NCBI RefSeq assembly: GCF_009914755.1
Contig: NC_060925.1
DNA length: 64,000 nt
Strand: one strand, 5' to 3'
Source: the human T2T-CHM13v2.0 reference genome, Homo sapiens
In this document: positions 1 through 14,024 of the stretch, one piece after another
Layout of the letters: every line of letters starts with the position of its first letter
Numbering within the stretch: the first letter of the stretch is position 1
Translations under genes and position numbers: made by a program
Notes under the pieces: generated by a model
Databases searched by the model: none
The model's input: the letters and a program-made list of their open reading frames with translations, nothing else
Told to the model about the DNA's origin: nothing

Positions 1-301
1 ATATTGGGGCCAAGCTGTGATGCAGAAAAAAAAAAATGAGCCGCCTCTTTTTCACGGTTTGCGGGTCAAATTGGTCCCAATGGCTTAGGATGCATTTCAA
101 GGGTGAACCTGTTGATGCGTGAGTGTTTGGCTGACAGGTGTCTGGTATTTAGCCCCCAAATTCTAAGGAAAAATAGGACAGAATAGCAAGCGAAAGCGGT
201 CCAATGGTACTCACCACTTGGCAATAGGCGATTGTCCCATCTGGGTCGCCAAAATGTGTCCCATCTGGGTCGCCAAATGTGTCCCATCTGGGTTGCCAAA
301 A
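1..301 (-). mobile_element. HERV9 internal 5' segment (PBS, leader with splice donor, start of gag); continues off the left edge
   Basis: Abuts the LTR12 end at 302. Minus strand shows PBS TGGCGACCCAGATGGGAC and donor-like GGTGAGTACC (206-215). Positions ~1-128 translate as NTHASTGSPLKCILSHWDQFDPQTVKKRRLIFF, resembling the HERV9/HERV-W Gag N-terminus, then frameshift in an 11-nt run at 26-36. Confidence 0.88.
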
Positions 302-1284
302 TGTGTCTAGAATTGGTTCCTTCCGATGGGTTCTTGGTCTCACTGACTTCAAGAATGAAGTTGCAGACACTCATGGTGAGTGTTACAGTTCTTAAAGATG
401 GTGTGTCCGGAGTTTGTTCCTGCAGATGTTCAGATGTGTCTGGAGTTTCTTCCTTCTTGTGGGTTCATGGTCTTGCTGACTTCCGGAGTGAAGCCACAGA
501 CCTTCGCAGTGAGTGTTACAGCTCTTAAAGGTGGTGTGTCCAGAGTTGTTTGTTCATCCCGGTGGGTTCATGGTCTCGCTGACTTCAGGAGTGAAACTGC
601 AGACATTCACAGTGAGTGTTACAGCTCTTAAAGGTGGCGCGTCCAGAGTTGTTTGTTCCTCCTGGTGGGTTCGTGGTCTCACTGACTTTAGGAGTGAAGC
701 CACAGGCCTTCGCAGTGTGTTACAGCTCTTAAAGGTGGCCCATCTGGAGTTGTTTGTTCCTCCCGGTGGGCGAGTGGTCTCACTGACTAAAGGAATGAAG
801 CCGCAGACCTCCGCAGTGAGTGTTACAGCTCATAAGGGTAGTGTGGGCCCAAAGAGTGAGCAGCAGCAAGATTTATTGTGAAGAGCAAAAGAACAAAGCT
901 TCCACAGCTTGGAAGGGGACCTGAGCAGGTTGCCACTGCTGGCTCGAGTGGCCAGCTTTTATTCCCTTATTTGGCCCCACCCACATCCTGCTGATTGGTC
1001 CATTTTACAGAGAGCTGATTGGTCCATTTTACAGAGTGCTGATTGGCCCATTTTACAGAGTGCTGATTGGTGCATCTACAATCCTTTAGCTAGACACAGA
1101 GCACTGATTGGTGCGTTTTTACAGAGTGCTGATTGGTGCGTTTACAATCCTTTAGCTAGACACAGAGCGCTGATTGGTGCGTTATTACAGAGTGCTGATT
1201 GGTGCATTTACAATCCTCTAGCTAGGCAGAAAAGTTCTCCAAATCCCCACTCGACCCAGGAAGTCCAGCTGGCCTCACCTCTCA
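302..1284 (-). mobile_element. LTR12-family (ERV9) 5' LTR, antisense to TYW3
   Basis: Minus strand starts TGAGAGGTGAGGCCAGCTGGACTTCCTGGGTCGAGTGGGG and ends ...CCAATTCTAGACACA. About 8 CTGATTGG (CCAAT) repeats at 990-1202, AATAAAA TATA-like box at ~957-963, and ~100-bp U5-type repeats at 376-835. Confidence 0.95.
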
Positions 1285-1346
1285 GAAGGAATGGAAATCA
1301 AGAATGTGATTCATATGTTAAGTGTGAAATGTCTGTTAAGACACCT

Positions 1347-1735
1347 GTTTTTGTCTGCTAGCGTTGACATAACAATATAACACAGACTGGGTAGTATAAA
1401 CAACAGAAATTTATTTTTCTCACAGTTAGGAGGCTGAAAGTCCAGGATGAAGGTACTGGCAGGGGTAGTTCCTTCTGAGGCCCTTGTCCTTGGCTTGCAG
1501 GCAGCTGCCTTCTCCCTGTGTCCTCTCATGGCCCTTTCTCTGTGTATGCATGTCACTTGTTTCTTCTACTTCTTGTAAGGACACCAGTCCTGTAGGATCA
1601 GGGCTCCATCCTTATGATTTCATTTAACCTAATTAACACCTTAAAGGCCTCATCTCCAAATATAGTCACATTGGAGGTTAGGGCATCAACATATGAATTT
1701 TGAAGCCCTGTAGACACAATTCAGTCCGTAAAAAC
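1347..1735 (-). mobile_element. MLT1 (MaLR) solo LTR, A/B-like
   Basis: Characteristic CACAGACTGGGT...AAACAACAGAAATTTATTT...CTCACAG...GGAGGCTG...AAGTCCA, ending in ACACAATTCAGTCC. Confidence 0.8.
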
Positions 1736-2413
1736 ACCACCTAAGTGAAAATTTCAAATAGACATTTGGGTAGAAGTCTGGAACTCAGGGGAGCCATGTG
1801 GACTGAGGACAGACATTGAGAAGATGCCAATACACAATTATTATTTTAAGCCATGAGCCTAGTTGAAATCACCTGTGGAGAAAGTACAGAAGAAAAAGAG
1901 AAGAGGGCTTGAGGAACACGAGCATTTAGAGACAGTCTCCAAAACATGGTGTTTAATCATTTAGTGGCTCATGGCTTCAGTCTCTGCTCTAACCCTGAAC
2001 TTTTATCTAACCTTATTTTAGTCTCATTATACCACATCACATCACTGATGTGTCTCCAGACTTTAACTCTCCTGTTTCTATATCCATGTTCTGTTCTCTG
2101 TGCTAATCCTGACTGAGCCCAGCCATGCTCTTCTTTGGGCCTAAGCCTCATTGGAAAGCTAACATTTCAGGGAGCTAATTGAAGTGGACTTAGAGGAACT
2201 GAGAAATTCACTCATTCACAGCCCCTTTTTGAGGGGGGTCCTTACCTAAGGAGCTTATATTTGTATTCTAGGGGACAGAGGCAGACAATAAGTATGTAAT
2301 AAAACAGAATTTCTCACTGTGAGATGTGCTGTGAAGGAGATAAGAAGGGCACTCCACTAGAGAGTCAGGGGAGAGCTGCATTTAAAGAGGTGGTTAAAGA
2401 AGGCCTTTATTCG

Positions 2414-2490
2414 AAGGTTGCAGTGAGCCGAGATTGCACCATTGCACTCCAGCCTGGGTGACAAGAGTGGAACTCCATCTCAAAAAAGAA
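2414..2490 (+). mobile_element. 5'-truncated Alu (3' end of right arm)
   Basis: GGTTGCAGTGAGCCGAGATTGCACCATTGCACTCCAGCCTGGGTGACAAGAG followed by a short A tail. Confidence 0.85.
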
Positions 2491-2995
2491 GAGGACCTTT
2501 TTAGGTAGTAGCATTGAATGGAAACAGGATGAATGACAAGAAACCAGCCAGGAAAAGAGTAGTCCTGACAGAGGAACAGCAAAAATAAAGAAGTTGATGC
2601 AGGAAAGGGTTTGGAGTATTCAAAGAACAGAAGGGAAGCCACTCAAGGTTAGAGAAAATAGCAAGGGCTGGAGCAAATAGAACATCATTAGTCATGGTTT
2701 AGAGCTTGGATTCTGTCACTAGCTAGTCTGTAAGAATGGTTTGAAGGGGCAAGAGTGAAAGAAGAGACTAATTGGGAGACTCCTCCAGAAGTTAAGGAGA
2801 GAGGTGATGGAGACTTGAAAAAGAGTGGGCAGTGGATGTGGCAAGAGCTGGATTAATTTGAGGTAATCGTAGAGGTAGAATCAATGGGAATTGGGTATAG
2901 GGGATGAAGAAGTAGAAAGCATCGGGGCTATCTAGGTTTGGAGCTTGAGCAGCTAGATAGATGATGGTGTCATTTTACTGTAATTAGAAAGACCG

Positions 2996-3863
<868 letters not shown>

Positions 3864-4398
3864 AGCTGGAGAAAATAAGGGACCCATGTCTGCTCCCCAG
3901 GGCTCTCTGACATTTAGAGACTGACAAAATAACTTACAAAGTCACCTCAGTCAGATCAGAATTTGTGTGCTTGCTATGCTTTCTTATATCATTTCAACAA
4001 AGTTTTTTAAGCAATAGAAGGGATATTGAGAAACATTGTACTCATTTTAAAAGATTTTGTTTTGTTTATTTTTATACAACACAATTAGAAGAATGATTGT
4101 TTTTTGGTTACATTCTGCTTTCTGGAAGCAATCACTAGCCAAATGTCACTGTTTGTGATTGAATTCTACTTTTACTCTTTCTCAATGACACATCCATAGT
4201 TCATATTTCAATATTTTTCCTGATGTTAGGAGTTTGATCAAAGTCATTTTTAAGCATAGTCCGTATTGGCTAGACGAAAAATTTTTTTAAAAACCTTAAT
4301 AGCTTTTAGGGTTATATATGTTTCTGTAGTTTGTGGAGCCAAACAGATGATCTGGTTACCCACAGTATCAAAATGTAACAAGTTTTATTTTCTTACAG

Positions 4399-4470
4399 CA
4401 TTCCGTGGCAATAGATTCTGGTTTCAGGAACTCTGGCATAACGGTGGGAAAGAGAGGAAAAACTATGTTG
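4399..4470 (+). CDS. TYW3: TYW3 internal coding exon (probably exon 4; aa 119-142)
   Basis: ttttcttacag|CAT...ATGTTG|gtaaga; 72 nt, phase 0-0. Encodes [24 protein letters not shown], including the conserved TYW3/Taw3 SGFRxSG motif. Confidence 0.97.
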
Positions 4471-4870
4471 GTAAGATATTTTGTCAAAGAGTAATTTTTT
4501 TAGTGTAAAGTGATCCAGAAATTGAATAACCTAATTAGACTCCTGCCTTTAATGTCTCCTTTCTCAAATCTTCTTGCCATTCTCTTACTCATAAACCCTC
4601 AGTGACTTACTCCTTCCTACAGGGCAAAGTCCAGAGTTTGGATTTACAGTTGAGGTCTTATTTAATAATATTCTTCTCCACTTACTTTTAACCTGATTCT
4701 TAACTCTGCCCTCCTCATCCTAAGTAGGCAAGGCCCCAAAGCACTATGACATCATGGAAAGAGTCACAGAGAGAGTTCAAAGTCCCCTTTACTGATACCT
4801 GCTGGATCACAGCTGTGTGAATTTGGGCAAGCTCCTCAGTCCCTCAGGGTTTGAATTTTCTCAGCAGTAT

Positions 4871-5075
4871 CAGTGGTCCAGCTAACTACTGTCGTAGGGC
4901 CACATTCAGCCCACATGGGGCAGGATCCCACTATACTCATTTGATTACTTATTGTCTGAGGTTGCTTTTGTGAGACAATGGCAAACTTTAGTAGTTGTGA
5001 CAGATACTATATGCCTTGCAAAGTCAAAAATGTTTACTATCTATCCTTTTAGAGAAAAGATTTGCTGACCTTTCG
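4871..5075. mobile_element. MER58-like hAT-Charlie element
   Basis: GGGCCACATTCAGCCC...AGTAGTTGTGACAGA...GCAAAG...AAAATGTTTACTATCT...TTTGCTGACC. Confidence 0.65.
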
Positions 5076-5332
5076 ACTAGATGATCTTTAAGACTTGCTT
5101 TCTTTTTGAGTCCTTCTCTAGCCAAGCTAGCCCTTAGATATTTCTCCCTATTCTGATCTCCTGTGATATTTACTGTTTGGCATGGCATGTTTTTGAACTA
5201 TTTGAGATTACCCTCCTTCTACCTTCCTATATTCTCCTATTTTCTATTTTTAACAATAACCTATTTCCCAAATAGGGGTGGATGACAAAAGAGGACACCC
5301 TTAAAGCATGGCTGAATAGAAAATCAAAGCCT

Positions 5333-5620
5333 GGCCAGGCGTGGTGGCTCATGCTTGTAATCCCAGCACTTTGGGAGGCCAAGGCAGGCGAATCACGAGG
5401 TCAAGAGATCGAGACCATCCTGGTGAAACCCCATCTCTACTAAAAATACAAAAATTAGCTGGGCGTGGTGGTGCGTAGCTGTGGTCCCAGCTACTCAGGA
5501 GGCTGAGGCAGGAGAATCACTTGAACCCAGGAGGTGGAAGTTGCAGTTAGCAGAGATCACGCCACTGCGCTCTGGCTGGACAGAGCAAGACTCTGTCTCA
5601 AAAAAACAAAGAAAAGAAAA
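5333..5620 (+). mobile_element. Alu (AluSc-like)
   Basis: GGCCAGGCGTGGTGGCTCATG...TCACGAGGTCAAGAGATCGAGACCATCCTGG; dimeric structure and A tail. Confidence 0.93.
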
Positions 5621-5922
5621 TTAAAGCCCGTAGTACTGGTTTATGTCCCCATCTCACTCTTTACTCCATCTGGTATCCCAGATGAAAGCAGAGCCATTCT
5701 TTCACCTTCTTCTTTGTTTCCATATTCAATTCGTTATAGGTCCTATCCATGCTGCCCCTCGTTTCTAATACTTGACCCCACCCTAGGTCTTCTGGCACTG
5801 CCCAGCCCTCAAGATCCCTAACCTCAGTCTTTACCATTGTCTCCCGACTAGTCTTCTTACTTTAGGTCTTCTCCTTGAGTCCCTCCAACCAGTGCTCTCA
5901 GAATCCCCCTTTAAAAAACTCA

Positions 5923-6288
<366 letters not shown>

Positions 6289-6447
6289 CTACCTGTTTAT
6301 GTTTGTCTTCCAATTACATACTTATGCTCCAGCTATATAGAACTATTGGTTGTTTTCCAAGGGTATCATGCTCTTTTATGTCTCTATGCCCACAGATAAG
6401 TGGTGCCTCTGGCTGGAGTTCTTCCTCTCCCTTTCTCTCCCCCGCTC

Positions 6448-6780
<333 letters not shown>

Positions 6781-7038
6781 TGAAATTGCACTCATCCTTT
6801 AAAATCCCAACTCAATTGCTGCCTTTCCCATAAAGCTGAGTTCTTAGACTCAGTTGCTTCTCTTCAACATTTTCTTGCCAGTGTGTGTGTATGTGTGTGT
6901 ATGTACATGCACATGCATGCATGTGTGTTTCTTCTGTCATAAGTCTTAAAGCCAGAGGTCATGTTATAGTCACCCTGTATCTTCATGCCTTATAGGGAGC
7001 CTAGAACATTGCAGATGCTCAGCAAAAGTTTATGGAAT

Positions 7039-7392
<354 letters not shown>

Positions 7393-7938
7393 TTAACCTC
7401 TATCCAGTGTTTGCCTCTACTTGGAACATGTTGACTATTTCATCAACAGGGCTATTAAGATTGTGAACCCTAAAGCATTGAGAAGCAGCTCCTGTGTATG
7501 ATAGAGGAGGCATAGTTTACTCTTGTAACTGTGCTCTGCTCCAAGAGCACTGAGACCCTTTGGCATCCAGTTCTTTTTTATTTTCCCTTGAGATTTCTGT
7601 TGAGGTTTTCTTTCTTTCTTTAAGTCGTGTATTATGGCTTTCTAAGCTATAGTGAGATTGAAATTGTTAAAAGTTATTTGATTCTTTGATATCATCTGTT
7701 TCTCTGAAAGGTAATGTACAGAATATCTTTCTTTAGAAATGACTGTAGATGATGGAAAAAATTTTATTTAATCTCCTTTGCTTTAACTGTGCTCAGCTAA
7801 ATTCTATCAAAGCGCTAACTTAACTGTTGTAATGGAACTAAAGTATGTTCAAACACAGCCCTGACGGGACTTTTCTTGAGTTATTTTCAGTTTCTGTGGT
7901 ATCTAAGTCTTCATATCTAAATTGTTTTTTCCTTGTAG

Positions 7939-8072
7939 GCTGTCCGGAGTACACATGGCTTAGAAGTTCCATTAAGCCATAAGGGAAAACTGATGGTGAC
8001 AGAGGAATATATTGACTTCCTGTTAAATGTGGCAAATCAAAAAATGGAGGAAAACAAGAAAAGAATTGAGAG
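7939..8072 (+). CDS. TYW3: TYW3 internal coding exon (probably exon 5)
   Basis: ttttccttgtag|GCT...GAG AG|gtatat; 134 nt, phase 0-2. Encodes [44 protein letters not shown](R), in frame with the previous exon. Confidence 0.97.
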
Positions 8073-10829
8073 GTATATTAATTGGGTATTTCCATGTTAT
8101 TCTTATATGCCTAGATCATCCTTGAAAACATTAATACTTACTATCTTCAGTTTATAATGCCAACTGCTTATCTATTTGTAGATAATTTAAAAATACTTTT
8201 ATTATCATTAATAATAAAAAGATGATCAAAGTAATAGATGAGAGTAGGTCTGGCTGCCATGGGCACTAAATGGAGCATACGGGAGAGGCTCTCTGGGGGA
8301 TGGTAGGCACGTGACCACCAGAAGCTGGCATAAAGGGGAGAAACATAATTATTCTGGAAGGACAGCCCAGCAGCCACAGGAACTGTAACTGATCAATTTG
8401 AAGGCAGCCAGGGAAGAGATGCACACTGCCCCTAGATGGGACCTATCAGAGATTACCTAGTCTTTCCTGTTGAGGGGAACAGCCTGGTTGACTTTTTTTG
8501 TCTGATAAATATTTCACTTCTCTGGCTTAGGCTAGTTTAATACCAAACTCTTGTCATGGATTAGATCTAGAATTGCCATAACTTTCTAAATAGGAAGGTA
8601 TGGCTTTCATTTCACATCTCCATACTTCTTTTGTTCTTCATCGTTACCTCCTGGCAAAGGAAACTTTTATATTATTTTCTTTAACAACTTTTTCCCAAGA
8701 ATAAAGTTTATATATAAAGTAGTAAATATTATGCTGTCTTTCATATATGAAAGTAATGCCACTGACCTACCATCAGCTAGATGCACAGTTTTGAGTTATC
8801 CAAGGAGTAATAGCCAATTTGATGTCGTTTATAATTTTCTTTTTTCTTCTCTCCACTCTTTTGGCTACTTCCATTCAGTCAATCGCTGTCTGAATATCTC
8901 TTCAGTCATTCTGTCTCCATCCATACTGCTTCTTTCCTCATTCATGACCATCACAATAGCCTCATTCAGGATGCTTCTGGTATGCCTCTCTGCTAAGCCA
9001 TTCTTTATCAAATCATGTTTGTAAAGTGCAAAGGATTCCTGTTGCTTAACTTGCCTGCTTAAGATTCTTTAATACTTAGAACTTTTTTTGAAGCATTGAA
9101 GGCCAACAGGTGCTAGTGGTGGCAGTGTAAAAGGGTGAAGTGAGGTAGAAGTATGCCACCAAGGCAGAACTGGGTTCAAATCGTGGTTCTGAGTTACTCA
9201 GTCTGGTTCCACCAAATTGCTCAACTTTCCAGACTTCAATTTTCTTATCTCTAACTTCTGGGAAATACCTATCTTAAAGAATAATTATTATATTCATTAG
9301 ATAGTGTATTTATAATGACTGCCCTGACCCTGTTATGTTTTGGACTCTCAGGACAGGATAGCCATTCTCCTTCATTGATTCATGGAGAATAAACCTATAA
9401 TCATAAAAATATCACCATTCAGGCTTTCTCAACTAGGGTTCCTCATTTGAACCACACAATTCACAAAGTTATTTGAGTGACTATTTTCTGAATTCTCCCA
9501 AGGATTTTATGTAACATGTACTATTTTAGATACATTGGAGAAAAGTCAATTCATTACTTACAATGGATGTCTTAGGGTACTAGAGCTTAATTTTCCAGCC
9601 ACACCCTGGTTGAGAAAAACTGACCACAAAAACCTGGCCACAAAATACTTTGAGCAGGTATTCTAACTAAAGTAATACTTTTAAATAAGCAAAACCCATT
9701 CCACCAGACTACAGACTACTATATGTAAGTATTTACTGGTACCATTCCATAAGTTTACCACTTATTAAATTGTAATCCAGTGAGACTGTTTGCTAAAACA
9801 TAGGAGGTAGCAAATCAGTTTTCTCTGTTTCCTTTCTTGAATTTTAACAAGCTTATAAATAGAGCCCAAGATCAACTAACTGTACACCTGGTGAAGTTAA
9901 TTGAGCCACGTTCACCAACTATAAAATCAAATTATGCTTAAATCCATTGACTCAAAAATATGTTTTGAGATTATAATGTGCATGCTGCCATTAAGAGCCA
10001 CGCTTATCATATAAAATCAGGGAAAAATTAAAGAAGGGTAAAAATGTCTTAAGATACTGATTAGAAGATTACATGTGAATTTAGAAAGTGAGAACAAATT
10101 AAGGAGCTCCTTTGGGAACAGCTGTATGTTCAACCAAATGCAGTGAAAGAGTTACTCTTCTGATGTTGAAAAGAGAAAAAAATCCTTGAGGTGATGAGTT
10201 ATGCAATCAGACATTCATTAAGTACTAAGATTGGTTTGCCATAGGACCAAAGTTTCACAATTCAGAGAATTTCAAAAACAAAAAATCCTGAAAAACATTT
10301 CAGCAATAAGAAATATTCTATAAATGTGAAAATTAAAGAGGTAGAATATTTTTAATAAAAAAAAAGGCCTTGTTCATGAGAAACAATTCCTAAGCCCACT
10401 TCTTATGGGAAGAGACTTATCCATTGGGTTCCTGTTGTTTCTGGAGCTGGGCAAGACAAGACCTTCAAGCAGCAGACTGCTTTATAAACAGCTAATTTGG
10501 AGACTGGAAGAGACAGGGACTGACACCAGATGTAGGAAGACAATTCATACATAACGATCTAGAGAAATTTGGATAGCTATTGACTGACTACAAGAGGAAG
10601 GCTATCTTTGAATCTATTAATAAGCAGTCAGCACATGGGTCAGATGAAACCATCATCTGGCTATGAGTAGCATAAAATTAGCCATGTGCTTTTCACCAAC
10701 TGTGTAATGAGAAAATATTACATAAAATGTACAATAAAGGGGCAGAATATATTGTCATCTAATATTGTTGATAAAGCAAATCTGGAAGAAAAGTAATTGA
10801 ATCCACTTTCAATAGTTTTTTTTTTAACT

Positions 10830-11340
10830 CTATTTTCTGATAAAATGTACGCAATAGGAAATTTACCATTTTAACCAGTGGCATTAAGTGCATTCACATT
10901 GTTATGCAACTGTCGCCACTGTCCATCTCCAGAACGTTTTCATCATCACAAACTAAACTTCTCTACCCATTAAACACTAACTCTCGATTCCTCGTACTCC
11001 ATTCCCCTGGTAATCACTATTCTATTTTCTCTATGAATTCCACTATTATAGGTAATTCATCTAAGTGGGATCATACAATATGCATCCTCCAGTATCTGGC
11101 CTATTTTACTTCGTTAATGTAGGATTCATCCATGCTATAACATGTATCAGAATTTCAGTTTCTTTAAGAGTGAATAATATTCCATTGTATTTATAGACTG
11201 AATTTTGTTTATTCATTGATGTGTCAATGGACATTTAAGGTGTCTTTCCCTTTTAGCTATTATAAATGCTGCTCTGAACATCATTGTACAAGTATCTGAG
11301 TCACTGCTTTCAGTTCTGTTGGATATATACTCAGAAGTGG
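10830..11340 (-). mobile_element. Old L1M (L1MB-like) 3' fragment
   Basis: GTGGCATTAAGT...ATTCACATTGTTATGCAAC...TCCAGAAC...TAATATTCCATTGTAT, typical antisense L1M 3' end. Confidence 0.75.
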
Positions 11341-11487
11341 TATAGTGTAATCAAAGAAAGCATATTGGAAGAAGTCACTGAGCAGGGCCTAAAATGCAGG
11401 CAGGGTTTTTATATGAAGAGCTCTGTGGGAGGGGGAAATAGCATGATAGATAAAAAAGAAGAGCATGAACAAAGGAAAAAGAGATAG

Positions 11488-13674
11488 TGATATGGTTTGG
11501 CTTTGTCCTCACCCAAATCTCATCTTGAATTTCCATGTGTTGTGAGAGGGAGCTGGAGGGAGGTAATTGAATTATGGGGGCAGGTCTTTCCTGTGCTGTT
11601 CTTGTGATGGTGCATAAGTCTCACAAGATCTGACGGTTTTAAAAACGGGAGTCGCCCTGCACAAGTTCTCTTCACTTGCCTGCTGCCATGTGAGACATGC
11701 CTTTCACCTTCCACCATGATTGTGAGGCCTTCCCAGCCACATGGAACTGTAAGTTCATTAAATCTCTTTCTTTTGTAAATTGCCCGGTCTCGGGTATGTC
11801 TTTATCAGCAGTGTGAAAATGGACTAATACAGTAAATTGGTACCACTATAGTGGGGCACTGCGGAAAAGATACCCAAAAATGTGGAAGCGACTTTGGAAC
11901 TGGGTAACAGGTAGAGGTTGGAACAGTTTGGAGGATTCAGAAGAAGACAGGAAAATGTGGGAAAGTTTGGAACTTCCTAGAGACTTGTCTAATGGCTTTG
12001 ACCAAAATGCTGATAATGATATGGACAAGGAAATCCAGGCTGATGTAGTCTCAGATGGAGATGAGGAACTTGTTGGGAACTGGAGCAAAGGTGACTCTTG
12101 TTATGTTTTAGCAAAGAGACTGGCAGCATTTTACCCCTGCCCTCGAGACTTGTGGAACTTTGATGTTGAGAGAGATGATTTAGGGTATCCGGCAGAATTT
12201 CTAAGCAGCAAAGCATTCAAGAGGTGACTTGGGTGCTGTTAAACACATTCAGTTTTATAAGGGAAGCAGAGCATAAAAGTTTTGAAAACTTGCAGCCTGA
12301 CAATGTGATAGAAAAGAAAATTCCATTTTCTGAGGAGAAATTCAAGTCAGCCCTAGAAATTTGCATAAGTAATGAGGAGCTGAATGTTAATCCCCAAGGC
12401 AATGGGGAAAATGTCTCTAGGGCATGTCAGCGGTCTTCACAGCAGTCCCTCCCATCACAGGCCCAGAGGCCTAGGAGGAAAAAGTGGTTTTGTGGGCTGG
12501 GCCCAAGGTCCCTGTGCTGTGTGCAGCCTAGGAACTTGGTGCCCTGTGTCCCAGCCACTCAAGCCATGGCTGAAAGGGACCAATGTAGAGCTTGGGGCTG
12601 TGGCTTCAGAGGGTGCAAGCCCCAAACCTTGGCAGCTTCCATGTGGTGTTGAGCCTACGAGTGGACAAAAGTCAAGAATTGGCATCTGGGGACCTCCATC
12701 TAGATTTCAGAAGATATATGGCAACACCTGGATGCCCAGATGGAAGTTTAGTGCAGAGGCGGGGCCCTCATGGAGAACCTCTGCTAGGGCAGTGCCAAAG
12801 GGAAGTGTGGGGTCAGAGCCCCCACACAGAGTCCCTACTCGGGCAATGCCTAGTGGAGCTGTGAGAAGCGGGCTACCATCCTCCAGACCCCAGAATGATA
12901 GATCCACCGACAGCTTGTACTGTGTACCTGGAAAAGCCACAGACACTCAGTGCCAGCTTGTGAAGGTAGCCAGAAGGGAAGCTGTATCCTGCAAAGCCAC
13001 AGAGGCAGAGCTGCCCAAGACTATGGGAACCCACCTCTTGCATCAGCATGATCTGGATGTGAGACATGGAGTCAAAGGAGATCATTTTGGAGCTTTAATG
13101 TTTGACTGCCCTGCTGGATTTTAGACTTCCATGGGGCCTGTAGCCCTTTTATTTTGGCCAATTTATCCTATTTGAAATGGCTATATTTACCCAATGCCCA
13201 CACCACCATTGTATCTAGGAAATAACTAACTTGCTTTTGATTTTACAGGCTGATAGGCAGAAGGGACTTGCCTTGTCTCAGATGAGACTTTGGACTATGG
13301 ACTTTTGAGTTCATGCTGAAATGAGTTAAGACTTTGGGGGACTGTTGGAAAGGGATGATTGGTTTTGAAATGTGAGGACATGAGATTTGGGAGGGGCCAG
13401 TGGGGCAACCTGGTGGGAGGTAATTGAATCCTGGGGACAAGGTCTTTCCTGTGGTGTTCTCATGATTGTAAGTCTCATGAGATCTGATGGTTTTAAAAAC
13501 GGGAGTCTTCCTGCACAAGCTCACTTTTCTTGTCTGCTGCCATGTGAGACCTTCCACCATGACCATGAGGCCTCCCCAGCCACATGGAACCATAAGTCCA
13601 TTAAATCTCTTTCTTTTGTAAATTGCCCAGTCTCAGGTATGTCTTTATCAGCAGCACGAAAATGGACTAATACA
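11488..13674 (+). mobile_element. THE1 (A/B-type) MaLR provirus: 5' LTR 11488-11831, internal region, 5'-deleted 3' LTR ~13400-13674
   Basis: TGATATGGTTTGGCT...GGACTAATACA LTRs. Internal degenerate ORF KRLWNWVTGRGWNSLEDSEEDRKMWESLELPRD is typical of THE1-int. TSD GATAG/GATGG. Confidence 0.95.
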
Positions 13675-14024
13675 GATGGCAATATGTAAGCCATAAATAG
13701 GGATCAGTGAATGGTTCGGTTTACCTAGAAGATGAGAGAGTAAGAATTTCTGTTGTATCACTTTGCTGCTTTTCTTCCTGCTTGTGATGTTTCTTCTTAG
13801 TTTCATTGTAGGTTTCTCTTCTTCCTCTTCATTAAATACTGTTCTCCAAGCTTCTGTCCTTGGCCCATGGCTTCAACTAGTTCTGCTACTTTTCCATGTA
13901 CTGGCAGGTCTTCTAAATCTTTCTAGAGTCTTGGGCCAACATATCCAATAACCATTTGAACATATCTAATTAAAATCTCTCACCAGCTTTTCCTTAATAT
14001 GTTTCTTACCTTATTCTAAATCCC

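Noticed and set aside
234-298. tRNA gene or mini-array
   Set aside because: Only the 3' 18 nt of a tRNA are present, with no cloverleaf or A/B boxes; this is a retroviral PBS.
66-1361. ORFs of 73-150 aa with internal repeats
   Set aside because: Translations of LTR12 and PBS tandem repeats.
4266-4508. 80-aa ORF over the TYW3 exon
   Set aside because: Wrong frame; the real exon is 4399-4470, defined by splice sites and TYW3 identity.
11880-13124. ORFs up to 246 aa as a novel gene
   Set aside because: Frameshifted pieces of the THE1 internal ORF.
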